Assembly: GCA_951406725.2 (NCBI GenBank)
Contig: OX597828.1
Location: 75,020,001-75,084,000 of the forward strand
DNA: 64,000 nucleotides
Direction of reading: 5' to 3'
From: Octopus vulgaris
Lineage: Eukaryota
This document shows, in pieces, positions 37,464-49,569 of the stretch. A program made the translations under genes and the position numbers. Positions within the stretch are counted from its first letter, which is position 1. Each line of letters starts with the position of its first letter. The notes beneath the pieces are model-generated. The model saw only the letters and a list, made by a program, of their open reading frames with translations, ran no database searches and had not been told where the DNA came from.

Positions 37464-38099
37464 CTCTCTCTCTCCCACTTTTTGATGTATGCACTTCATC
37501 TCTCGCACACACACACATGTATATAGTTATGTTCACACACACACACACAGACATAAACACACACGCGCATGCGCATACAGAAAGGCACACACACATATGC
37601 ACAGATGCGTTCATGTATTCAGATGCACACATACACAAACATTCATATACACACATACACACATATATGCATACACACCTGAATACACATACACACATAT
37701 ACATATACCATTGCACACACAGAGACATAAACACACACATACAGAAAGGCATGCACACATACACACAGATGCATTTACATATTCAGACACACATACATTC
37801 ATTATGCACACACACACACACACACATATATATATACATACCATTGCACACACACAACAAAACACAGACGTACACACATACTCAGACATACTAAATGCAC
37901 GTAAACATTCATATACACACATACTAATATACATATACTCGCACACATACATATACTCGCACACATACATCTACACACACACACTCATAGCCATACATAC
38001 GTACGCACAGGTGCCTTCATATGCATACCCCACCCACACACAATCTCTTTCTTAATTTCTCACTGTATCTCAATCACTCCTTCTCTTTCTCTTCTCCCC

Positions 38100-38133
<34 letters not shown>

Positions 38134-38443
38134 CTCTCTTTCTCTTCTGTTCTTCCCCCATCCCCAGCTAATTCCCCCTCCCCTCTAATTTACAGCTAAT
38201 ATTACTCTATTGTAATTTCAAGTCCATCAAATAATAACTAGGAACATTTTTGGTTGTTTTGTTTTTTCGTTTGGTTGTGTTTTGTTTTTTCCTGTGAAGT
38301 ATCGCTGTAATCTTATTAAGAAGACAACCAAATTATACATACAAACACGCACACACACACACACACACCTATATACACATGCATGCATACACACACACAC
38401 ACATATATATGCACATAAACATATATGTACATACATGCATATC

Positions 38444-38475
<32 letters not shown>

Positions 38476-38740
38476 CGCACATAAACATGCACACACATAT
38501 ATATACATATATGATGATGATGATATATATATATGTACATACATATATAAAGATACATGTGTAAACATACACACACACACCTACAGACATATATACACAT
38601 ACACACATACACGCACACTAGCAAATTTTATTTTCATTATTATATTTTTCAGCTATTATTATTATAATTATTACTACTACTGCTACTACTACTACTGCTA
38701 CTACTACTACTACTACTGCTACTACTACTACTACAACTAC

Positions 38741-38799
<59 letters not shown>

Positions 38800-38800
38800 A
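36540..38800. repeat. Extended compound (TA/CA/TG)n and (TAC/TAT)n microsatellite field
   Basis: Seen directly; it is the source of many spurious Y/I/H/T/C/V ORFs. Confidence 0.9.
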
Positions 38801-39276
38801 TTTCATCCTTATTATATTTTTCAAACTCTTTTTGCAATTATTTTTGTGAAATGTTTTGTTTTCTGTGTATCCGGGGGGCCCCTTCTATCATCCATAACAT
38901 GTAATCATTTTTATAGAATGAAAGAAAAGCAATGATAATTTATTGCCGTCATTTTCTAATTACTGGCCAACATTTCTGCAATATGGTCTCGGCAAGGAGT
39001 TATTAAAAACTTGTAATATTCCTTCTCTCCCTCTCTCTCTCTCCTATTTCTCCTCCCCTCTTTCTTCTCTCTCTCTCTCTCTCTCTCTTTTTTTATTGTG
39101 TGTGTCTGTTCACTTCTTCAAATGTTCTTTTATATTCATGTGATATGTGTGAGAGAGTTAGACAGATAGACAGATAAATATATATATATATACATACATA
39201 CATACACACATACATACATACATATATATATGTATATATATATATACATATACATATATATATATATATATATATT

Positions 39277-39470
39277 TTGTTTCAGTCATTTGACTGTGGC
39301 CATGCTGGAGCACTGCCTTTAGTCGAGCAAATCGACCCCAGGCCTTATTCTTTGTAAGCCTAATACTTATTCTATCGGTCTCTCTTGCTGAACCACTAAG
39401 TGACGGGGGACGTAAACGCAGCAGCATTGGTTGTCAAGCGATGTTGGAGGGGGGGGGGACAAACACAGAC
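39277..39470 (-). mobile_element. SINE family A, 3' half
   Basis: tgtttcagtcatttgactgtggccatgctggagcac..agtcgagcaaatcgaccccagg. Confidence 0.9.
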
Positions 39471-40114
39471 AATATAATAACAGCCAGCTTTCCTACAGTG
39501 TTAAAGAAGAAGGACAGATTGGCCAGTTTAGTCCCAGATATACAAAAGGACAGACTGGCATGGCTGGACTGTCATTAAATAAAGGTCTTCCTAATTAAGA
39601 CTGACCTGGAGTTTAAACAGTGACCACAGCAAATGTCTTGTCAACATAGTTTTTATTTAGTCAGCACATACACACTGTTACAATGTGAGATGTGTCTTAT
39701 GAGCTTCCATACATAGCTAACAAGATATGTATGGATACTTACACACACATACACACACACACACTAAGGTGTTTCATATATAGGTTTGTTACCTTTAGAA
39801 TGTTTAATTAGTGTCTTGTATTTTTGACTTCCTGGTATACACACACACTCACATACATACATATATATATGTGTGTATGTGTATATATATATAGTCTATC
39901 TCTCTATCTATATCTATCTGTCTGTGTGTGTGTATGTGGAGACTCTCTAACCAAGACATTTGTTCATTTCTCTCTATTTTTTCTCTTTTCATTTATCCTT
40001 TCCATAAAAGAGTTTGTGTTTAAAATGCTAATGACTAATTTTTCTGAGTAAACCTAGTTTGTGTTTTCACATCGTCTTCATTTCTTTATTTTTGTACTAT
40101 ATATAATGTGTATG

Positions 40115-40168
<54 letters not shown>

Positions 40169-40170
<2 letters not shown>

Positions 40171-40495
40171 ATCAAAAATAAGCAACAAGAATGAATCCGG
40201 TAATTTAGTACAATTGTTTCATACTACAACATTTTATTAAAAGCTGTAAATATTACAGCAGATATAACATGTCAAGTAATCTTCAGCTAATTTTATATAG
40301 GTTTTCCAATAATATAAAGTTCTTAAATCAATTAGTAACATCCTAGTATGAAACAATTGTACTAAATTACCGGATCCATTCTTGTTGCTTATTTTTGATT
40401 ATAATCACCCTGCATATTTTTATGGGTAAAAACCATACAAAATTCTGGTGCATCTAAGTTAAGTACCATATTCATTTGAATCTAAATTGTTTGCT
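40169..40495. mobile_element. Palindromic Penelope-pLTR-like insert in (TA)n
   Basis: Arms 40169-40227 and ~40344-40401 are near-perfect reverse complements; unique extension to ~40495; long (TA)n on both sides. Confidence 0.75.
40206..40289 (-). ncRNA. Minimal type-I hammerhead ribozyme motif with intact core
   Basis: TAG-CTGAAGA-T-TACT..(about 50 nt)..AGTA-T-GAAAC-AATT-GTA-CTA: CUGANGA and GAAA boxes, GUA cleavage triplet, stem I TAG/CTA (extendable), palindromic stem III ACAATTGT. Confidence 0.65.
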
Positions 40496-40656
40496 TTATA
40501 TATATATATATCTACATATATATATATATATATATAATGTGTATGTATATATATAAATATATATATAAATATATATATGTATATAAATATATATATATAA
40601 TGTGTATGTATATATGTAAATATATATATGTATATATATATATAAATATATATATG

Positions 40657-40697
<41 letters not shown>

Positions 40698-40718
40698 AAT
40701 ATATATAAATATATATAA

Positions 40719-40771
<53 letters not shown>

Positions 40772-40860
40772 AATGTGTGTGTATATATATATATATATAT
40801 ATAAATGTATGTGTGTATATATATATATATATACACACACACATTGCACACACATATATA
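40495..40860. repeat. (TA)n microsatellite field
   Basis: Seen directly. Confidence 0.95.
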
Positions 40861-41264
40861 TTCTTATAATTTTATATAGGAACAAACATTGATATATACA
40901 TGTGTGTGTGTGTGTATACAAATTGATATATTAAGCAAAAATATCTTGTGATAATTAGCTCAGATTCCATCCCTTTACACCAAGATGGACTTAGACATTT
41001 TATCCTTCAGGAGATCTATGATATTAACACTGGTTAAAGTACTGCGGCAATTATAATCTACTAAAACCTTTAAAGGGGCTGGGAAGATCCAGAATGGACT
41101 GAAACCAGTGAAAGAATAAGAAAAAATAAAAAAATAAAATCAATAAAAATATTAAAAAGAAAGAAAAAAAACAAAATTTACAAAAATGATAAAAAACAAT
41201 ATGAACAAAAACAAAGAAAAACAATACAAAACTGGAAATAGTAAAAACTGTAACCATAGTAACA

Positions 41265-41632
41265 ATTCTTTCTATGTTAGATACAAGGCCTGAAATTTTG
41301 TGACAGAGGTCTAGTCATTAGCCCAGTACACAACTGGTACTTAATTTATCAACCCCGATTCTGTCAGTTCACTGCCCGAATAATACTAATACCAATACTA
41401 CTACTACTAATAATAATCCTTTCTACTATAAGCACAAGAGCTGAAAATTGGTGGGAGGGGGCCAGTCGATTAGATCGACCCCAGTACAAAACTGGTACTT
41501 AATTTATCGATCCCCGAAAGGCTGAAAGGCAAAGTCAACCTCGACGGAATTTGAACTCACAATGTAAGCAGCAGATGAAATACCACTAAGCATTTCACCT
41601 GGTGTGCTAACGATTCTGCCAGCTCACTGCCC
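41265..41632 (-). mobile_element. SINE family C: internally deleted copy (41265-41378) plus full copy (41410-41632)
   Basis: cctttctactataagcacaag..tcgaccccagtac..aaaggcaaagtcaacctcgacggaatttgaactc..gattctgccagctc. Confidence 0.88.
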
Positions 41633-41682
<50 letters not shown>

Positions 41683-42034
41683 GGAGCATTTAGAATGAAA
41701 CAAAAGAATAAAGTTTAAAGTGTGAGCAGATAATTTTTGAAGCGTACTTACCAAGAACTAATTTAGGATCACACTGTAGAATATCCATGGTTGGCTGTAC
41801 CATTCTTTCTACCATTTCACTAAGTAAGTCGACCGCTTCCTTTTTACAATATTGGTTGATACCATTTATACATGCAATGTATTTGTAGATAACTCTGCAA
41901 AAAAGAGTGAAAGAGTGAGTGTGAGTGAGGCACTAAGTTGGGTGTGAAGTGGGAGTGCGGAAAGGAAGAAGCTGAGGAAAATTAATGGAAAATGATAAAT
42001 AAATTAGATTTCCAGCATCGGAAATGCATATAAT

Positions 42035-42335
42035 GAATAAATTCCAATATTTTAAATCCAGGTTTGTCCCCGTTAATGGGGGTGACTGGATCTACCTCAT
42101 TCTTACAGCAACCGCTCTCATACCATCTCACCCAGTTTGGGGCATCCTCCCTCCTCAAGCCAACCCTCCCAGTCTCTACCTGTCCCCTCAATGTTTTCTT
42201 TGGTCAACCTCACTTTTGGGGTTCATTCACTTTAAACTCGATCACTCTCCTCAGAACAGGATCCTCACATCCTTCCTCAACACATGTCCATACCACTGCA
42301 CTTCAGTCGCCCTCGCCAGCTGTTCATTCAAAAAC
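42035..42335 (-). pseudogene. RTE-clade LINE 3' end
   Basis: Minus strand QWYGHVLRKD..VLRRVIEFKVNEPQK*G*PKKTLRGQVE..VGLRREDAPNWVRW fits RTE RWYGHV.R..G.R.RGRP..TW..GL..EDA..R..W. Confidence 0.75.
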
Positions 42336-42983
42336 AGACAATGACTGTTTAACTCCACTGAAACATCTATTGTTTGCTGTTAAAATTCTTGTCTTACCAA
42401 TTACGCATCTGGTAATTCCATGTCACAATTCCATGTCAGTGACAAGGTTGCAGTTGGTATGACTAAAATTTAAGACACCAAACAACAAATGCTGAAGTGA
42501 AGTAAATAGTCTTTGCATGCAAATGACTAATGGGTTTTTTCCAGGCTGTCATTGTTTTGTTTCAATCTCAGATCAAATCACTTGCTTGACAAATATATTT
42601 CTGAAATAAAGAAATAAAAGCAGTAAAATTTATAAATCTTTGCTATCTTTGCTAGCATTCCTCCTAGTTCAATGTATGGGTTCACCCGTATGATTGATAT
42701 GATACAACGTTGTTCAGCTTTCTCTGGATGAATGAAAGAGAACTGGTGGTGGTGTTGGTGGTGTGGGCAGATCTTATTGACATCTGTGGCTTCTTTTCAA
42801 CATGAGTTTGCAGAAGAAACTAAACAGGCACCATGTCATCGGTTCAATAACCTTGTTTTGGACTTCAATCACAGCTCCTGTCAAAGAGTCTTTGTTGCTT
42901 CAGTGACATCACTTTGTGGTTATTAGTTCAGGTTTTTGACCTTTATGTCAAGATGGACTTAACCATTTCATCTTTTAATATAT

Positions 42984-43143
42984 AGGTGTAGCTGTGTGGT
43001 AAGAAGCTTGCTTCCCAACCACATGGTTCTGGGTTCACTCCCACTGTGTGGAACCTTGGGTAAGTGTCTTCTACTATAGCCTTGAGCCAACCAAAACCTT
43101 GTGAGTGGATTTGGTAGACAGAAACTGAAAGAAGCCTGTTGTA

Positions 43144-43236
<93 letters not shown>

Positions 43237-43420
43237 GTGTTTGTTCCTCTACCATCACTTGACGACCAATGTTGGTGCTTTTATGTCCCTGTAACTTAGC
43301 GGTTCAGCAAAAGTATCAGGCTTACAAAGAATAAGTTCTGGAGTTGATTTCTTTGACTAAAAGGCGGTGTCGCAGCATGACCACAGTCAAAATGATTGAA
43401 ACAAGTAAAAAAAAGAGAAA
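42984..43420 (+). mobile_element. SINE family A with expanded internal (TA)n
   Basis: Head, body and tail match the 44993-45378 copy. Confidence 0.9.
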
Positions 43421-43424
43421 GAAA

Positions 43425-43495
<71 letters not shown>

Positions 43496-43499
43496 CATT

Positions 43500-43686
43500 C
43501 GCCATGATAGATCGCTAGCCACTAAGCCTTTTTTATTTTCTTTCCCTGTTTATTTCTGTGTTCCTTTCTGTCGAAGAGCAAAGGCTCGAAACGTAAAACA
43601 CTTTCTCACTTCCTGAGCATTAAACTAATACATTCATTTGTTGTTTACACACCCGTCTTCGTCTTTTGTATTTTTGTAAATTCTCA

Positions 43687-43690
<4 letters not shown>
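43500..43690 (+). mobile_element. Family G insert with hammerhead-like motif (43565-43598)
   Basis: TTT-CTGTCGA-A-GAGC(aaag)GCTC-GAAAC-GTA-AAA; lies between two long (TA)n tracts. Confidence 0.65.
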
Positions 43691-43734
<44 letters not shown>

Positions 43735-43749
43735 TACTAATATAGGATG

Positions 43750-44090
43750 AAGTTTTTTTACAGAAAAAAAAATCATCAAAATATGTGGCAGCATATTAAA
43801 ATACCTTTAAGGTTAAAATTATAAACAACTTACAAACAAGGGCTAAAGAAAATTATTTCAATGCCAATATGCTGATAACAGACTTTTAAATCGTCAATTT
43901 CCACATATTATTTACTCGCTACAGAAAACACGTAGAGCTGAAATCGAGGAAAGCTAGCCAACAGGATTTTAAAAAAAAGTTTGTTATTTCTAGGAGTCTG
44001 ACTTCTGTAGCGAGTAAATTATATGTGGAAATTGATGATTTAAAAGTCTGTTATATTGGCATAGAAATAATTTTCTTTAGCCCTTGTTTA
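43750..44090. mobile_element. Palindromic insert in (TA)n (arms ~43835-43926 / 44003-44090)
   Basis: aaacaagggctaaagaaaattatttc..tttactcgctacagaa pairs with ttctgtagcgagtaaa..gaaataattttctttagcccttgttt. Confidence 0.75.
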
Positions 44091-44096
44091 TATGTG

Positions 44097-44127
<31 letters not shown>

Positions 44128-44599
44128 TATTTAAACGCATTTATACATGGTCTTTATGTCTTCTTTTAGCTCCTCCTTGTCATTACCCCAAGAAACTGAT
44201 TAACATCTATGCTTTGAATAAATAACATTTTCATTAAAACTCCAATTAATAATTTTGAGAACTGATTTTTCTTAGCTTAATTACAATCCACACCAGTATA
44301 AGCCGACTCTCCCTAATTCACATATTTACCCCAATTTCTTTTCCCTTTCCCTCTCCTCATCGTTCTTCTTTTCCCTACCCAACAATACTCTTAACTAATA
44401 GTGCTGCTGGAATGAAAGATAGGGTGGCCCATTCCAGGCAAAACCCTTGTAGGGGTGGTACTTTTGTGTCTGTTGTATAAGCTTGTATGGTGTGGGGGTA
44501 GGGATGGGGTGACTACAAGGGTTGTTCCAGGTGACATACAACATTCCAGCTATGTCATAGCTCCTTTATTTTGTATAAAATGATTAAATTTCCTTATCT

Positions 44600-44942
44600 T
44601 TTTTCCGTTTCGGTTATTGGACTGCGGCCATGCTGGGGCACCACCTTGAAGAGCATTCAGTCAAATGAATCAATCCCGGTATTCATGTTTTTCTTCAAAC
44701 CTGGTACTCCTCATATCAGTCTCTTTTTGCTGAGCTGCTAAATTACAGGGACATAAACAAACCAATACTTGTTTTGAAGTGGTGGTGGGGACAAACACCA
44801 ACACAAAGGCATACACACACACAGCTATATAAATACACACACACACACATGATGGGCTTTTTTCAGTTTCCATCTTACCAAATCCACTCACAAGGCTTTG
44901 GTCAGCCCGAGGCCATAGTAGAAGATACTTGCTCAAGATGCA
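44600..44942 (-). mobile_element. SINE family A (5'-truncated)
   Basis: Reverse complement of the adjacent plus-strand copy. Confidence 0.85.
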
Positions 44943-44992
44943 CCTGCATAGTCACACTTGGCATGGAGGAATACATAATTAGAAAACAATAC

Positions 44993-45378
44993 AGGCGTAG
45001 GAGTGGCTGTGTGGTAAGTAGCTTGCTTACCAACCACATGGTTCCGGGTTCAGTCCCACTGCATGGCGCCTTGGGTAAGTGTCTTCTACTATAGCCTCGG
45101 GCCGACCAATGCCTTGTGAGTGGATTTGGTAGACGGAAACTGAAAGAAGCCCGTCGTATATATGTGTATGTGTGTGTATATATCTGTGTGTCTGTGTCTG
45201 TCCCACCAGTGTCGCTTGACAACCGATGTTGGTGAGTTTATATCCCAGTGACTTAGCAAAAGAGACCGATAGAATAAGTACTAGGCTTACAAAGAATAAG
45301 TCCTGGGGTCGATTTGCTCAACTAAAGGTGGTGCTCCAGCATGGCCACAGTCACATGACTGAAACAAGTAAAAGAAAA
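44993..45378 (+). mobile_element. SINE family A, full-length reference copy
   Basis: Pol III A-box gtggctgtgtggtaag, B-box gggttcagtccc, CORE-like ccttgggtaagtgtc, internal (TG/TA)n, A-rich tail. Confidence 0.93.
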
Positions 45379-45642
45379 GTAATTATAAAGACATGTTTTT
45401 TCGAGTCTATGCAATCAAAAATTGCCAAAATATCGAAGTATCTCCATGATGTGTGTTTTAAATATCTTTCTTAGATTCAACACTTAATAATTGTTCAGAG
45501 TTTGGAAAAAGATACTTGGAGCAATGACTTCAGACGATTTACACTCCAGTAAAACATAAAAACATAACTCTATTTCCAGAAGTGAGCATTTCGTTTCCTA
45601 TGAATTCAACCGTATAACTTCATATATCTTTCTTCTCTCTCA

Positions 45643-45678
<36 letters not shown>

Positions 45679-45926
45679 CACACAAACACACAAACACACA
45701 CACAAACACAAACACACACACAAACATAAGGAGAAATAAGAGGCAAGATGAATTTTAATAATTCTGTGGAGGTTACAGCTGTTTCATAATCCACTTAGAA
45801 TGACATCACCAACTTTGATGTAGACATGTACACACACACACATTCATACAATACTTACATATGCATTGAGTCAAACAATGATGTATGATGTGTTCTACTT
45901 GATTCTTAGAATCCAATTCTCATACA

Positions 45927-46759
45927 CAGGGTGCAGTGAATGAATTGTTGTCTAAATTATGCAAAAATTAAAATAACATTGACATCTCATTTTAACAGAT
46001 ATATCTATCAAAAATATCTTGAAATACTAAAGAGTAAATTTATTCAATAAAATCGCCATTGGCTTCAACCACGACCTCCAGACGACTTTAGAATCTCCTT
46101 GTTTAAGTTGGTGAGTGCTGCTATAATCCTTACCTTGAGTTCATCTTTGGTGTTACAAAGAGTTTTTTTTGGCCTCTTGCTCAACTGTGCCCCACATATA
46201 CTAATCGAGTGGGTTGCAGTCTGGGGAGTTAGATGACCAGATGTTAGGGGTAATGTAGTTGCAGAAATCGTCTGACAGCCACGACTAGGTTCTCCTGCTT
46301 GTGTGGTGTTGTATAGAGTCCTGTTGCCAGACATAGGGTCTTCCAGTAGCCACCCTCTTGATCCAGGGCAGCACTACCTCCTCAAGGTACTTGATGTAAG
46401 CCTCTGTGTTGAGTCGGAGGCTGTGTGGGAAGATGAATGGAGGCATAATGTCACCATCACTATCCACACATGATGTCGTTGATTTGATGTTTGATTTTTA
46501 TCACTCTCGGTACATGCCCTCAGATTTCACTGTCCTCAGATTGGCAATCAAACAGACCAAAATGTTCATATTGGAGCTTCTGACACAAATGCCAAGCAGT
46601 ACAGCATGTTGTTTCCAAATTTCTGGCTGACTGAATTGCATCATGGTGCTGTTTTTCTTACAGACAGTGCCCAACTGAGCCTACTACACTGTGTAGTTGA
46701 CAAAATCAAAAACAAACAATGCACATGCACGAAATTAAAAATTTACCCATTGCACTATG
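45927..46759 (-). mobile_element. Internally deleted DD37D (maT-type) Tc1/mariner-superfamily transposon
   Basis: Minus strand SDGDIMPPFIF..LNTEAYIKYLEEVVLPWI..YVWQQD-SIQHHTSRRT*SWLSDDFCNYITPNIWSSNSPDCNPL-D: 37 residues between the 2nd and 3rd Asp, with stop codons. Ends cagggtgca / tgcactatg-TA. Confidence 0.85.
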
Positions 46760-47349
46760 TATACATATATATATATAAGAATTACCAAATATATATGTCT
46801 GAGTATATACATATATACACATATATACATACCCCCCACCAACACACACATATATATATACATGCACATATGCATATACCTTTTGTTAATGCAGTACAAA
46901 AACACTGAAGAACTCAATACCATTAACATTCAATGTGATTAGTATCATAGACATACCATATATACTTGGATGTGTGTGTGTGTGTGTGTGTGAATTTATG
47001 GGTTATGTAATCTTATTCTTTCAGAAATTTCCGTGTAATACATACATACATCATCTCTGGTTGATCCGGAATTCATTTTTTCTCTTTTATTTCCTTCACA
47101 TTTGACTTTGGTTGTGACCCTGTTTAAGTTTGAATTACTCATTGAGCACTTTAAGTGAATAATACTTCATTTGACCGAGTTATGACATGCTTTGGGGAAC
47201 CTACACACACACACGAGTAGATACTAATAAACAAGCATACAAATACAAGTTACTTTATACACACATATATATACATGCACACACACATATATAGAAGCAA
47301 CTTGTTAATTCTGCAAAATTTCTTTCAAAATGAAGTTAGTTATCTCCCT

Positions 47350-47490
47350 GCCTCCTTTCTTTCTCTCTCTCTTTCTTTCTTTCTCTCTTTCTTTCTTTCT
47401 TTCTTTCTTTCTCACTTTCTTTCTTTCTTTCTTTCTTTCTCTCTTTCTTCCTTCCTTTCTTTCTCTCTTTCTTTCTCTGTCTCTCTCTGT
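47350..47490. repeat. (TTTC/TC)n polypyrimidine tract
   Basis: Seen directly. Confidence 0.95.
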
Positions 47491-48645
47491 TATGAAAATA
47501 GTTTAATACAACTGATGAATATTTGGAAATTTTTGGAATTATGTTTTTAATGAAAAACTGGCCAATGTTTCATTCTGTTTTTGTTAGAAAAGAAAAAAAA
47601 AAACACCCCTACCACAAAAAACAAAACAAAAAAATTGAAGACGAAAAAAAAATTCCTACTCAAATATGATTAATTAAATGCAAGAAACACTCACTTCTTC
47701 ATTAATATAAAATAAAGAAATTTGTTTTGAGGACAAAAAAAATGGAAAAAAAACAAAGAAAACAAGAAAAAACAACCCACATGAATTAAGATCTCGACAT
47801 TTTGTTTCGTTAGCAAAGTTTTTCCTTTTTTTCTCTATTTTTTTTTCATTTTTTGTTGTTTTTTTTTAAGTAATTTTGTTTTGTTGATTTTTGTTGTGCT
47901 TATGTTTGTGTTGTGTTTTAAATATTTAAATATTTATCTTTTTGTTCAATTTTCTTTTTTTACCTTCCTATTTATTCATCTCAATTAATTATTCTTATTT
48001 AATCTTATTATTTGCATTTTGGAAACATTTTTCTTCTTTTCCTCCTCCTCCTCCTCCTCCTGCATTCTTTCCGTCTTTATAATTCTTATTATGTTATCAT
48101 TTATAATACTTTTAAAAAGTAATTCGTTCTCTTTATTATTATCATTATCATTATTATTATTATTATTGTTATTAATTATTGTTTCTGTTTTATATCAATA
48201 GTGTCATTCCCACCACCAACCACCAACCCCATCCTGTTTCTCTTCCCCCTCCTCCTCATCATCATTGCACTATCCAATCATGATTATGATCATGATACTG
48301 ATGGTGATGATGATGATGATATCGTCATCCCTACCATCAACATCATCTTTATTATAATCATTGTCACCACCACCACCACCACCACCACCACCATCATTAT
48401 CACTACAATACCCATAATAACCATCATCATCATCATCATCACCATCCTATTCCCTTTCATCAGAAACTATTATTATAGTAATCAATAGAAGAGTTCCTTA
48501 TTTGAAACTTCTATTTCGTATTGTCCCTTATGTGTTGTCCTTGTGGCAAATATCCAAATTATAACCATCATTGTAATTATATTATTATAATTATCGGCGG
48601 CAGCGGTGGCGTCATCATCATCATCATCATCGTTGTTGTTGTGTA

Positions 48646-48875
48646 TGAGCTGGCAGAATTGTTAGGCTGCTGGGCAAAATGTTTAGTGGCATTTTGTCTT
48701 TATGCTCTGAGTTCAAATTTTGCTGAGGTCGACTTTGCCTTTCATCCTTTTGGGGGTCGAGGAAGTAAGTACCAGTTATGCACTGGGGTCGAGGTAATTG
48801 ACTAATCTTCTCCCATCAAATTTCAGGCCTTGTACCTTTTGTAGAAAAGATTATTATTATTATTATTATTATTAT
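48646..48875 (+). mobile_element. SINE family C
   Basis: gagctggcagaattgttagg..gagttcaaattt..gactttgcctttcatcc..gtagaaaaga(TTA)n. Confidence 0.88.
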
Positions 48876-48877
48876 TA

Positions 48878-49085
48878 TTGAGTGAGAGAGCAGTGGAAGC
48901 CATCAAAGTGACACTGGGGTAAAATATACGAAGCCCAATATACCCATCATGACTACCCGTCTGATGAGGGTACACCAGGCACATGCATCACAACCATATG
49001 TGTGTGACATGGTGATCTCATATCAAGATAAACATCACATGACCTTGCAGGTGGGGCCCAGTTAGAATTTTCTTCTGGTCAAGTA
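48878..49085 (-). mobile_element. Family E retroposon, 3' fragment
   Basis: Reverse complement of ~12220-12430. Confidence 0.8.
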
Positions 49086-49099
49086 GCTTTATCACACTG

Positions 49100-49275
49100 C
49101 ATTGAGCATTTCGTCTGTCCTTACATTCTGAGTTCAAATTCTGCCAAGGTCATATTTGCCTTTCATCCTTTTGGGGTTGATGAAATAAGTACCATTTGAG
49201 TACTGAGGCTTGTTGAAATTGAATAGCCCCTTCCCCCAAATTTCAGACCCTGTGCCTATAGTAGAAAGGATCATC
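49100..49275 (+). mobile_element. SINE family C, 5'-truncated
   Basis: gcatttcgtctgtccttacattctgagttcaaattctgcc..gtgcctatagtagaaagga. Confidence 0.85.
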
Positions 49276-49282
49276 GTCATCA

Positions 49283-49323
<41 letters not shown>

Positions 49324-49324
49324 T

Positions 49325-49520
49325 TAGTTTGGCTCAGGTTTGGTCTTATTACTGGTAGGATTTATGTGGGTAGCAGGTTACTACATGTAACCTTAGGTAT
49401 CCACAAATTTTCAGTAGTCTTGACAATCCTTGTTTTCCCTAAGAGACAAACTTTCTGTTGGAGCTCTACTGAGCATTCTATTCCAAGCTCCTTCAGCCAT
49501 TTGTCTATATCTTTACTTAC
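49325..49520 (-). pseudogene. RLE-type (R4/Dong-like) LINE 3' end
   Basis: VSKDIDKWLKELGIECSVELQQKVCLLGKTRIVK; ends in (AAT)n on the minus strand. Confidence 0.7.
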
Positions 49521-49569
49521 TATTATTATCATCATCATCATCATCATCATCATCGTTATTATTTCTCTT

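Noticed and set aside
36525-38837. Long ORFs up to 267 aa ([12 protein letters not shown])
   Set aside because: Translations of dinucleotide microsatellites.
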